From the NCBI GenBank assembly GCA_964652335.1, contig CAZZDL010000012.1, positions 1 through 22,774 on the forward strand: a DNA stretch of 22,774 nucleotides, written 5' to 3'. Within the stretch, counting starts at the first letter, position 1; the number at the start of each line of letters is the position of its first letter. The notes beneath the pieces were generated by a model, which worked only from the letters and a program-made list of their open reading frames with translations, made no database searches and was not told the origin of the DNA. The position numbers were made by a program, and so were the translations under genes. The DNA comes from Candidatus Micrarchaeota archaeon (GTDB lineage Archaea; B1Sed10-29; WALL01; WAMD01). This document shows, one piece after another, positions 1 through 8,147 of the stretch.

Positions 1-101
1 GAATCCTCTGCATAGTTTATCAGAGGGATAGAAACAAGGGATACAATAGTCAAAACAATTACTAGTACAAGGACATATTCAATTGTTATCTGTCCTTTCA
101 T
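1..101 (-). CDS. Class III signal peptide (type IV pilin-like) protein, 5' part only; runs off the window
   Basis: Manual translation from ATG at 101: MKG|QITIEYVLVLVIVLTIVSLVSIPLINYAED... Shows a K-G cleavage site, Q+1, E+5 and a hydrophobic helix, the archaeal prepilin pattern. Not in the ORF track. Confidence 0.8.
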   Translation of the reverse strand, partial: MKGQITIEYVLVLVIVLTIVSLVSIPLINYAED

Positions 102-148
102 GGTCAATTAATAGAAAATGCATTTTAATTGATTTCGGTTTTCGTACA

Positions 149-985
149 CTAAATCCCGTTTATATCAAAGGACTGTACAATCTCATAAAGATAATTATTG
201 AACTCCTTTATCTTGTCTTTTACAGCTGATAAATCATTTAGATTCTGCCTAATTAAATCCGCAAATTCCCTTATCCTCTGTTCTACATCGCTGCTTAATT
301 CATACCTGCGTAATATTTTCCACTTAGTGCCTTCAACTATATCCTCTCCGTCTACTAACCACCATCTCTGTTTTTCCCTTTTTAACAATCTGGTTCCTAA
401 GAAATGCAAAGTCTCATACTCATCCTCTGGCTCACCTAGTTGGCTTACATCCACTTCTCCATTTGGCTGCTGCAAGATTACTCTTGGTCCTGTTCTCGTT
501 AGATCAAACGAAAGATATACATCATCTCTAACCTTAATACACAAAAATACTTCGTTTGAGTCTCTGCCGATATCCAAGTAATAGTTCATTGTTCTTTCTC
601 TTGCCTTCTCCAATGCCCTCATTGCCTTCTTTCTTCTTTCTTCCTCCTCCTTCTCTTTTTCCTCCATCTCAGCGATCGTTGCTTCCAGCTTCCTAAGAGC
701 GTGGGCTACTTTTCCTTCCATAGAATCAATAACAGTTATGCCTAGGTTCTCCAACAGCTCTCTTGCTTTGCTACCGATGGAATCACATACAACAAGGTTA
801 ACACCCAAGTCATGTAAAAACTCTGGATATGCTCCATACGCATGTTCAGGAGCAGCAATTGATTCCACATTTGTTGGTTTACCTCCCTCAAAATCCACAA
901 TTAAAAACTTCTCTGCTCTACCAAAATGCTCTGATATACTTGAATTTAAACCACTCCCAGATGAGATTGGAATAGCTATCTTCAT
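149..985 (-). CDS. NifB/NifX (dinitrogenase FeMo-cofactor binding) family domain fused via a charged linker to an unknown C-terminal domain
   Basis: N-terminal ~105 aa: MKIAIP...ISEHFGRAEKFLIVD...GVNLVVCDSIGSKARELLENLGITV, typical of the family. Overlaps the RFC-L stop by 4 nt, with a GGAGGT SD upstream. Confidence 0.75.
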   Translation of the reverse strand: MKIAIPISSGSGLNSSISEHFGRAEKFLIVDFEGGKPTNVESIAAPEHAYGAYPEFLHDLGVNLVVCDSIGSKARELLENLGITVIDSMEGKVAHALRKLEATIAEMEEKEKEEEERRKKAMRALEKARERTMNYYLDIGRDSNEVFLCIKVRDDVYLSFDLTRTGPRVILQQPNGEVDVSQLGEPEDEYETLHFLGTRLLKREKQRWWLVDGEDIVEGTKWKILRRYELSSDVEQRIREFADLIRQNLNDLSAVKDKIKEFNNYLYEIVQSFDINGI

Positions 986-2184
986 TTCGTTAGCACCTCC
1001 AGTTCAGCGTCATCAAGCTCATAATGCTCCGCAAAGCTATCTCTAATCTTTTTCGATTTTTTCACCATTTCTGAGAAATAAGGTAAATACTCTCTGATAA
1101 CTTCATCTGGAGATGCATGTATCTTCTCTCCTATCTTTTTAGCTAGTGAGTATCTAATTGCTCTCATTTTTTTTGTCTTAGATAGCATGCGAATCGTGGA
1201 AGGGAACTGATATCCAGTAAACTTTCTATAAACCTCTTTCTTAGAAAGCGCGACTCCTCCTGTCATAAAATCTATAGCGTAGCTCAACAATCCCCAATTC
1301 TGTCTTCTGATTATTCTCCCAAAAAATATGTCCGACCTGGATAACCAATAGTATGCCCTAGCTATGTCATCTAGGTTTTCGTACTCTCTGGGAATGTTCT
1401 CATCTATCCATGCCTTGATCATATCAGGAGTCTCGTCTAAATTAAAGACAGATTGCCTTGCCGTGGTAAAGCTTTCTGTCTTAAATATGACTTTCAATGC
1501 TTGGAACATATCCTCTTTTCTGTCTCTGTTCCCCAGAGCATTCAGATCCTTCTCGCTGACTTTCTTTTCCCCTTCAGCTAGTGCTTCCAAATCATTTATG
1601 GCAGATTTTAAATCGCCGTTACACGAATGAGCTATCTTATCCAGCACTTCATCAGAGACAGAAACCCCTTCTTTCTCTGCTATCCTCCTCAGGACGCTCT
1701 TGATAGTGATTGGGTTGATCCTCTTGAATTTAACGATCTCCACATAGTTAGCAATTGTCCTAACAGGAGTGGCGTATGCATCATTGGCAGTTAATATAAT
1801 TGGAAAAGATGAATGCTTTATCACATCAACTATGGCTGACGCACCACCCCTATCCGCTGAACTTATCCCGTCCACTTCATCTACTAGGATCAGCTTAGAC
1901 TTCGCTGTTAGAGAGGCATACAAACTCCCTAATCCCAAAATCTTCTCTATATTCTTCTTGTTCCTAATATCGCTAGCGTTCATCTCCAGTATCTCTAATC
2001 CAAATGTTTTAGCTAAAGCCAAGGCGAGTGTTGTTTTTCCAACCCCTGGCGGGCCTACAAAAAGTAACGCCTTCTTACCAGGTTTCCAAGATTTGTACCA
2101 AGCTAGCACTTTCTTAACTGCAGATGGATTTCCAGCAAATTCCTTAATACTATGAGGCTGATATTTTATTATCCAAGGCACCAT
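982..2184 (-). CDS. rfcL: Replication factor C large subunit
   Basis: PWIIKYQP RFC box II, Walker A GPPGVGKT, EMNASD, Walker B LVDEVDG, GDLKSAINDL, and C-terminal WIDEN...SRSDIFFGRI...W typical of the archaeal large subunit. Start set to ATG 2184. Confidence 0.93.
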   Translation of the reverse strand: MVPWIIKYQPHSIKEFAGNPSAVKKVLAWYKSWKPGKKALLFVGPPGVGKTTLALALAKTFGLEILEMNASDIRNKKNIEKILGLGSLYASLTAKSKLILVDEVDGISSADRGGASAIVDVIKHSSFPIILTANDAYATPVRTIANYVEIVKFKRINPITIKSVLRRIAEKEGVSVSDEVLDKIAHSCNGDLKSAINDLEALAEGEKKVSEKDLNALGNRDRKEDMFQALKVIFKTESFTTARQSVFNLDETPDMIKAWIDENIPREYENLDDIARAYYWLSRSDIFFGRIIRRQNWGLLSYAIDFMTGGVALSKKEVYRKFTGYQFPSTIRMLSKTKKMRAIRYSLAKKIGEKIHASPDEVIREYLPYFSEMVKKSKKIRDSFAEHYELDDAELEVLTK

Positions 2185-2225
2185 CAACAGAAAATTAGGA
2201 AAACAAAGATTAAAAATTGATGGGT

Positions 2226-4610
2226 TTAGGACACTGCATACGTCTTTGTCTGATCATCACATCCCTTGTATATAACTGTATAACTATAGGCTGTGGAAAC
2301 CTCTTCTGTATTTGTGTAGAATGTATCGCAATTGCTCACTGTTTCATTGGCTACCAATGTTCCATCGCTCCTGTTTAATGCAACCCATTTTAAGCCAGAG
2401 GCGTAGTTTATTGTATAGGTTACATTTGTGTAGAGCGGTTTGTAGGTAAGCTGTATGTCGTAGAGGACTGGTGTCTTTGATGTATCGCTTGTATTGAAGT
2501 AAGCTATGTATTGAGCTTTGGTTCCAGGTCCCAACGAGATACTTCCCTTAGAAACGTTCGTTCCAGCTACGTTCAAGATGTCATACCCTGAGGAGTTATC
2601 TACGTCAGATGCATTCCCTATTCTCAGCTCTATAGTTAGGTCTGTTCCAGTTGGCTCATCTGACGTCCATGTGACATATGTCAGATTAGAGAGATGATTT
2701 AAGTCAAAGACCTTTGAGTAATACTTTCCTGATGTTCTGTAATACGTTAGTGGCCTTCCTCCGTTAATAAGGTACACTCGTCCTCTATCCGTGCTGTGAG
2801 CGTAGGCACCTATTACCAAGTCTGTTATCCCGTCTCCATTGATGTCTCCAACTTCCAAAGCAGAGCCTAAATGCTCACTAGTGTCACTTGTAGAGTGTGT
2901 GACAGTCACATTTGCATCCTCTGCTTCGTATATTCCCGCGCTTGGGTCAATGTACATAACAACCCTACCAGATGACGTGTGCATATTCTTCCAGCCAACT
3001 ATTATGTAAGTGGAATTGCCTTTTAACTGTGCTGCTCTTATTGCAGAACCGAATGCTTCGTCCTCTGTATCATAGACAAATGTTATATTGGCATTGGAGA
3101 GCCAATCATGTAATGTGTAATTCACAGACACTGTCATGGAGTGCAATGGAGAATAAAACACAAATCCAGCTCCATAATGCTTGTTAGTAGCTGGGAGTAG
3201 TTTCGTGTTCCTAACATAGAAATCTGGTGAACTAACTAATAAATCATCCTTTCCGTCTCCATTAACGTCATAAGTGTAAACGTCATATCCAAACTTTGAA
3301 TTACCTATGCTTGCGTTTATTGTGACGTTTGCATCGCTAGGCTGATAATCACCAGATAACGGTCCGTAGTAGACCAGCACCTGCCCAGTGTCCGATCCGC
3401 CTACCGTATCCGCCTGTGGGTTTCCAAATGCTATATCTACATTTCCGTCACCGTTGAAATCCCCAAAAGCAGCGGGTGAGTAGCCAAAGTAATCCTCAGA
3501 ACTCCCATTGAAAGTTGCATTAGCGACGCTTGATATTGTGTAATCTCCTGAAAACTCTTTTCCATACACCAAATAAACCCTCCCCTCTCCATTTCCTTGT
3601 GGATATCCTTCAGCACCCGCAAGGATATCAACCTTTCCATCTCCATTAACATCGTGTGTGAAGAGGGAATAGCCCAGGTAGTCGTTTGCATTCTCTCCTG
3701 TGAAAGTAGCATTCGCAATATCGCTTGGAACGTACGATCCGCTAGAGATAGGTCCATAAGCTATGTAAACCTTCCCATAGCAATCGGTAGTAGGGCATAA
3801 CTCGCCATAAACTAGGTCGTCCTCTCCATCTCCATTAACATCTCCCAACTCCCCAGTAGGGCCAGCTAGATAGGTCGTTCCTGAAATAACTACATCCGCG
3901 CTTGAAGCTCCAATACTCCCACTTAACGGGCCGAAGAACACATATACCTTCCCAGCATTACTATTTGCGGCATATGAACTGACAACTATATCCATCTCAC
4001 CATCGTTATTCAAATCTCCATAAGCTATTCCTGCTGGATCTCCATTCATCGGAATGTAATCTCCACTCGCTCCTAGAAAATCAAAATCAGACATGTTAAT
4101 TACGCTCGCAGCACTCACCTCTGCTAGCCTAATTTCTGGTGAAGCTGTAGTCACGTTGTCAAAATAACCTTCCTCAAACTCGCTCTCGCTTGTCTGGGAA
4201 ACAGATGAAGTAGAGAATCCAGGAGAGGTCGTGACAGTCACTTCTGCGATGTTTGAGAATTGAATCTCTGTGGAGCCAGTGTTAGACCCATATAAAACTA
4301 TCTTTCCTTCTTTTGGGGGAATTGTACAAACTGCTTGCCCTCCCGGCTGAATTGTGACAGTTCCGCCAAAGTCACACTCAACACCCGCAGTGGAATTCAG
4401 CTTGCTTAGCGTCAATGGCTTGTTACCAAGGTTTGCAACAGCCACATGGCCTTGATTGTCCAGAGGTACAGCGGAAATAGGGGTTGTAGTGGAAGGTGTC
4501 GGTTGCTTTGTGACCAGGCCTGAAGACCAAAAATAAACACTAACTGCAGCTATAACTGATATGGCAATCAACAAGACGACAGAAACGATTGCAGAAATGC
4601 CCTTCTTCAT
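2226..4610 (-). CDS. Archaeal pilin/archaellin-type N-terminal signal protein with FG-GAP (integrin-alpha-like) beta-propeller; putative surface adhesin or minor pilin
   Basis: MKKG|ISAIVSVVLLIAISVIAAVSVYFW class III signal, preceded by SD AGGTGAGGAG (4611-4620). Six clear DxNxDGxxD repeats plus a degenerate seventh, G(K/R)VY(V/L/I) blade ends, and many N-x-S/T sequons. Confidence 0.85.
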   Translation of the reverse strand: MKKGISAIVSVVLLIAISVIAAVSVYFWSSGLVTKQPTPSTTTPISAVPLDNQGHVAVANLGNKPLTLSKLNSTAGVECDFGGTVTIQPGGQAVCTIPPKEGKIVLYGSNTGSTEIQFSNIAEVTVTTSPGFSTSSVSQTSESEFEEGYFDNVTTASPEIRLAEVSAASVINMSDFDFLGASGDYIPMNGDPAGIAYGDLNNDGEMDIVVSSYAANSNAGKVYVFFGPLSGSIGASSADVVISGTTYLAGPTGELGDVNGDGEDDLVYGELCPTTDCYGKVYIAYGPISSGSYVPSDIANATFTGENANDYLGYSLFTHDVNGDGKVDILAGAEGYPQGNGEGRVYLVYGKEFSGDYTISSVANATFNGSSEDYFGYSPAAFGDFNGDGNVDIAFGNPQADTVGGSDTGQVLVYYGPLSGDYQPSDANVTINASIGNSKFGYDVYTYDVNGDGKDDLLVSSPDFYVRNTKLLPATNKHYGAGFVFYSPLHSMTVSVNYTLHDWLSNANITFVYDTEDEAFGSAIRAAQLKGNSTYIIVGWKNMHTSSGRVVMYIDPSAGIYEAEDANVTVTHSTSDTSEHLGSALEVGDINGDGITDLVIGAYAHSTDRGRVYLINGGRPLTYYRTSGKYYSKVFDLNHLSNLTYVTWTSDEPTGTDLTIELRIGNASDVDNSSGYDILNVAGTNVSKGSISLGPGTKAQYIAYFNTSDTSKTPVLYDIQLTYKPLYTNVTYTINYASGLKWVALNRSDGTLVANETVSNCDTFYTNTEEVSTAYSYTVIYKGCDDQTKTYAVS

Positions 4611-4737
4611 CTCCTCACCTCTATTTATTTTCGTGTATTTCTTAATTCTACTCTTACGTTTACTCCCACGTCGCATGTTCATTATAAAAGTAGTGTTATT
4701 TTTAAATCTTACACAGAGCTATGCAAGGCAAAGCCTA

Positions 4738-4793
4738 GAAAGGTTTTTAAACGAGAAGGGCAATAACCTTATGCTTTTTTGAGGTTAGGAGGT
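4738..4793 (+). promoter_or_regulatory. Putative BRE/TATA promoter and Shine-Dalgarno of rpl10e
   Basis: GAAAGG-TTTTTAAA at ~4738-4751, and AGGAGGT at 4787-4793, 7 nt before ATG 4801. Confidence 0.55.
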
Positions 4794-4800
4794 AATAGAG

Positions 4801-5352
4801 ATGGGTCTAAGACCAGCTAGGTGCTACAGACAACTAGACAGACCATATACAAGGACTGCAAAAAGAGTAATGGATAAAGCATATGTTAGAGGTGTTCCTG
4901 ACCCAAGGATCAGGATATTTGACATGGGAAATCCTAAAGGAGATTATAAATACGAACTAGATTTGATAGCCGAACAACCAGTACAGATAAGACATAACGC
5001 ATTAGAGTCTGTGAGAATATTCGTAAACAAGAAGCTAGACACCACACTCGGCAAAGATAACTACTGGCTGAAGATAAGGGTTTATCCCCATCATGTTCTA
5101 AGGGAGAACGCTTTACTAACTGGGGCAGGAGCGGACAGACTTCAAACAGGTATGAAGCATGCCTTTGGAAGGCCAATAGGCAAGGCGGCTAGAGTAAAGA
5201 AGGGAACCATAATACTAAGTGTCAGAGTTAAGGACAAAACCTCAATGGAAAAAGCAAAACGCATTCTAAAAGCCGTCACTCCTAAACTGCCATTAAAATA
5301 CAAGATAGAGGTAGTTGAACTTGCTCCCAAAGCAGTTAGTAAACCAGCTTAA
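4801..5352 (+). CDS. rpl10e: 50S ribosomal protein L10e / uL16
   Basis: MGLRPARCYR...RPYTR, GVPDPRIRIFDMG, QIRHNALES, VYPHHVLREN...GAGADRLQTGMKHAFGRP. Confidence 0.97.
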   Translation: MGLRPARCYRQLDRPYTRTAKRVMDKAYVRGVPDPRIRIFDMGNPKGDYKYELDLIAEQPVQIRHNALESVRIFVNKKLDTTLGKDNYWLKIRVYPHHVLRENALLTGAGADRLQTGMKHAFGRPIGKAARVKKGTIILSVRVKDKTSMEKAKRILKAVTPKLPLKYKIEVVELAPKAVSKPA

Positions 5353-6217
5353 AGAAAAGTCTAAAAAATTCGGAACTAGGACAATCTTGGTCCAGCTCCC
5401 AGACGGACTAAAACCAAAGGCTTTGGAAATAGCAAGAGAATTGGAAAAGCTAGGCTTTAAGCCCATAATATCTGGGGACTCCTGCTTTGGAGCGTGTGAT
5501 CTAAGGTTTCTAGAAAATGCCATAACCTTGCATATTGGTCACTCTAAGCTAATAGACGACCCAAGGGTGGTCTACTGGGAATACAGACTAGACACTGACC
5601 CAACAGAGGCAATAGCCAAAGGCGTTGACAAGATTAAGGAAAAAAACCTATGCCTTGTTACAACGGTTCAGCACTTGGACTTCCTGGAGAAAGCTAGACT
5701 AACGCTGGAAAGAGCTGGTAAAAGCGTTAGTATTGGCAAAGGATTAGGTCACCCTGGGCAGGTGCTAGGTTGCGATGCATCCGCAGTTGGAGAATGCGAT
5801 GCTGTTGTATTCATAGGCACTGGCGTATTCCATCCAATGTTCATAGCAATGCAGACTGGAAAAAAGGTGTACGCCATAGACCCATACACAAAACAAATGC
5901 AAATAGTAACTGGAGAGAAGCTGGTTAAAGAAAAATATCTAAGAATCACTAAAGCAAAGAATGCTAAAAGAATAGGAATAGTAACCAGCTCTAAACCTGG
6001 CCAACAAAACCTTGCCGTCGCTAACAAGGTAAAGGCCTCGCTTGAAGACAAAGGAAAAGAAACAGTAATGATAATAATGGATGATATATCACCTGAAAAG
6101 CTTGAGAATATAGGATTAGACGCATATGTCATAACTGCATGCCCCAGAATAGTAATAGATGACTGGAAAAACTACAAAATGCCTATCCTACTCCCAGACG
6201 AAGCCAAAGATATATAA
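5315..6217 (+). CDS. dph2: Diphthamide biosynthesis radical-SAM-type enzyme Dph2
   Basis: QLPDGLK, three Fe-S Cys motifs (FGACD, GQVLGCD, TACPR), HIGHS, GTGVFH, KPGQ. TTG start at 5315 or 5321 (GAGGT SD at 5308-5312), overlapping the 3' end of rpl10e. Confidence 0.93.
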   Translation: MNLLPKQLVNQLKEKSKKFGTRTILVQLPDGLKPKALEIARELEKLGFKPIISGDSCFGACDLRFLENAITLHIGHSKLIDDPRVVYWEYRLDTDPTEAIAKGVDKIKEKNLCLVTTVQHLDFLEKARLTLERAGKSVSIGKGLGHPGQVLGCDASAVGECDAVVFIGTGVFHPMFIAMQTGKKVYAIDPYTKQMQIVTGEKLVKEKYLRITKAKNAKRIGIVTSSKPGQQNLAVANKVKASLEDKGKETVMIIMDDISPEKLENIGLDAYVITACPRIVIDDWKNYKMPILLPDEAKDI

Positions 6218-6219
6218 AA

Positions 6220-6966
6220 CTAATAGACTAATCTCCCTCTCTGCCAGTCAAGGATTAGTCGCCTAGCTGCTCTGTCAGTATCTGGAACTCCTCCTTTTCT
6301 AAGCATCTTCCATTTCAAAGCTAGAGCTTCTAAAGCCTTCTCAGGGTCTTCCTCGTCAATGCCATAATGAGATCTCAAAACATCCCTTGGCAAGGATTGA
6401 ATAAGCTGGTAAGCTGCCAACTCTGGATCCTTTAGTTTTGTAACATCGTAGGCACCTTTTAAAGCTAATCTAACATCGCTTTCTTCTCTAGGGATTATGC
6501 CTGGAGTATCTATCAGCCTTATCTTTCTGGACACCCTTATCCACTGCTTCCCTCTTGTAAAACCGGGCTGAGAAGAAGCAGGTGCAGAGGATTTGCCTTT
6601 CAAAAGCGAAATTAGACTGGACTTTCCTACATTCGCATAACCAACCACCACAGCCAATACCTGCTCCAAACCCTTCTCGCTAGCTATAAATCTAAGCTCG
6701 TTTCTCAATAATCTGCTTCCCCATCTCTTCTTTGCAGAGAATAAAATGACTCTAAATCCCTCTTTGTTCAATGCTTTCTTAATCTTCTCGCATTTGGATC
6801 TTGAAACTAAATCACATTTGTTTATGACTAGGATTAGTTCCTTATCTAGCTCCTTGACTATCTCCTCAAGTTTCTTAGATCTGGTTTCATTCGGAAACCT
6901 GGCATCTAAAACTTCAATCACAACGTCTGCCTCTTCCACTAGCCTTCTTATATCTGACCATTTCAT
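6220..6966 (-). CDS. Circularly permuted GTPase, RbgA/YlqF/Lsg1-like (ribosome biogenesis)
   Basis: Motif order EVLDARFP, G4 NKCD, G5 SAK, G1 GYANVGKSS, G2 PGFTRG, G3 DTPG. Start reassigned to ATG 6966 (MKWSDIRRL) because the ORF-track extension is the antisense of the ubiquitin-like gene. Confidence 0.92.
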   Translation of the reverse strand: MKWSDIRRLVEEADVVIEVLDARFPNETRSKKLEEIVKELDKELILVINKCDLVSRSKCEKIKKALNKEGFRVILFSAKKRWGSRLLRNELRFIASEKGLEQVLAVVVGYANVGKSSLISLLKGKSSAPASSQPGFTRGKQWIRVSRKIRLIDTPGIIPREESDVRLALKGAYDVTKLKDPELAAYQLIQSLPRDVLRSHYGIDEEDPEKALEALALKWKMLRKGGVPDTDRAARRLILDWQRGRLVY

Positions 6967-7003
6967 AGCTAGATTTATATGACAGCTAGTTAATAATTCT
7001 TCA

Positions 7004-7207
7004 ATGGCATCTAGAATAGTAATAGTCCATGGAAGAAAAGGGAGGAAGTATCTAGGGAAACCGGCCAGCGTAGCCGAAATCTTAGAGATGTTTGGAGAAA
7101 ATATTGAAAGCGCAATTGTGTTGATAAACGGGAAACCGGCCACCAGCGATAAGAAAGCAAAACCTGGTGACAAAGTTTATATCATGCCAGTATGCGCTGG
7201 AGATTAG
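7004..7207 (+). CDS. Ubiquitin-like (ThiS/MoaD/SAMP/TtuB-type) protein with non-canonical C-terminus (-VCAGD)
   Basis: 67 aa. SVAEILEMFG...AIVLINGK...AKPGDKVYIMPV matches the beta-grasp sulfur-carrier pattern, and the gene lies directly upstream of a tRNA thiolase. Confidence 0.8.
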   Translation: MASRIVIVHGRKGRKYLGKPASVAEILEMFGENIESAIVLINGKPATSDKKAKPGDKVYIMPVCAGD

Positions 7208-7222
7208 CTGAAGGAGATCCGC

Positions 7223-8146
7223 ATGAAATGTAGTGTCTGTGGAAAAGAGGCAATAGTAGAGGTTAGGTACGAGGGAAAGGCGTATTGCGAGAAACATTTT
7301 GTGGATAGATTTAAGAAGAGGGTTTGGAAAACAGTAGTCAAAACTAAAATGATTAAGCCGAAGGAGAGAGTTGCATTCGGCTTATCAGGGGGAAAGGACA
7401 GTTCAGTGGCTTTGTACATCCTTAAGCCAATTCTAGAAAAGTGGAGATCTGAATTTTTTGCAATAACCATAGATCAAGGAATATCTGGATATGGAGATAA
7501 ACTAGTAGAATTTGCAAAAAAGTTAACTTCAGATCTTGGAGTTGAACATTACGTTTATTCAATGAAAGATGAAATAGGAGTAAGCATTGATGAAGTTGCA
7601 AGGTTAAATAGACCAAGAGCCGTTTGTAGCTATTGTGGGGCATTTAGGAGATGGATTTTGAATAAAAAGGCTAGAGAGCTGGGAGCAGATAAACTAGTTA
7701 TTGGTCACAATCTAGATGACGAAGCCCAAACAGCATTAATGAACTTCATTAGGGGAGACCTAAAAAGGACTGCCAGAATGGGGGCAGACATTGGAGTGAT
7801 AGAAGATCCTTTGTTTGTGCCCAGAGTTAAGCCCCTAAGAGAGATACCAGAAAGAGAAATAAAGTTGTTTGCCTATTTGAAAGGGTTGTCACCTGGAGAC
7901 GAGCAATGCCCATACGTAGAAGAAGCATTTAGGAAAGAAGTTAGAAAACAATTAAATACACTAGAGGCAAAATTCCCAGGCACAAAATTTTCAATATTGC
8001 GATCAAATGATCGGCTTGTTGAAATACTTAGAGACTACTACAAGGAGTTTGGTCATCCAAATAAATGCAAGATATGTGGTGAGCTAACCGCAGGAGACAT
8101 CTGCAAGAAATGCCAGTTCCTAGCAGAACTCGGGTTGCGCCCATGA
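7223..8146 (+). CDS. ncsA: tRNA 2-thiolation protein, NcsA/TtuA/Ctu1 family
   Basis: N-terminal Zn finger CSVC..CEKH, PP-loop SGGKDS, CSYC, GHNLDD, CPY, and C-terminal CKIC..CKKC. GGAG SD upstream. Confidence 0.9.
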   Translation: MKCSVCGKEAIVEVRYEGKAYCEKHFVDRFKKRVWKTVVKTKMIKPKERVAFGLSGGKDSSVALYILKPILEKWRSEFFAITIDQGISGYGDKLVEFAKKLTSDLGVEHYVYSMKDEIGVSIDEVARLNRPRAVCSYCGAFRRWILNKKARELGADKLVIGHNLDDEAQTALMNFIRGDLKRTARMGADIGVIEDPLFVPRVKPLREIPEREIKLFAYLKGLSPGDEQCPYVEEAFRKEVRKQLNTLEAKFPGTKFSILRSNDRLVEILRDYYKEFGHPNKCKICGELTAGDICKKCQFLAELGLRP

Positions 8147-8147
8147 G

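Noticed and set aside
149..985. Nitrogen fixation implied by the NifB/NifX domain
   Set aside because: The family is widespread in non-diazotrophic archaea and there are no nif structural genes in the window.
2810..4020. Recurring DNA motif (tctccattaac / ccgtctccatt) resembling a repeat array or CRISPR
   Set aside because: Short, degenerate, spaced more than 150 nt apart and in frame; it simply encodes the FG-GAP DxNGDG motifs. No CRISPR repeats or cas genes were seen.
4611..4682. 24-aa basic N-terminal extension (MNMRRGSKRKSRIKK...) of the pilin-FG-GAP protein
   Set aside because: A strong SD precedes Met25 and gives a typical short MKKG leader. A leaderless start at 4682 cannot be excluded (TATA-like box at ~4700) but is not needed.
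6967..7173. 69-aa N-terminal extension of the GTPase ORF
   Set aside because: It is the antisense of the ubiquitin-like gene; family similarity begins at MKWSDIRRL.
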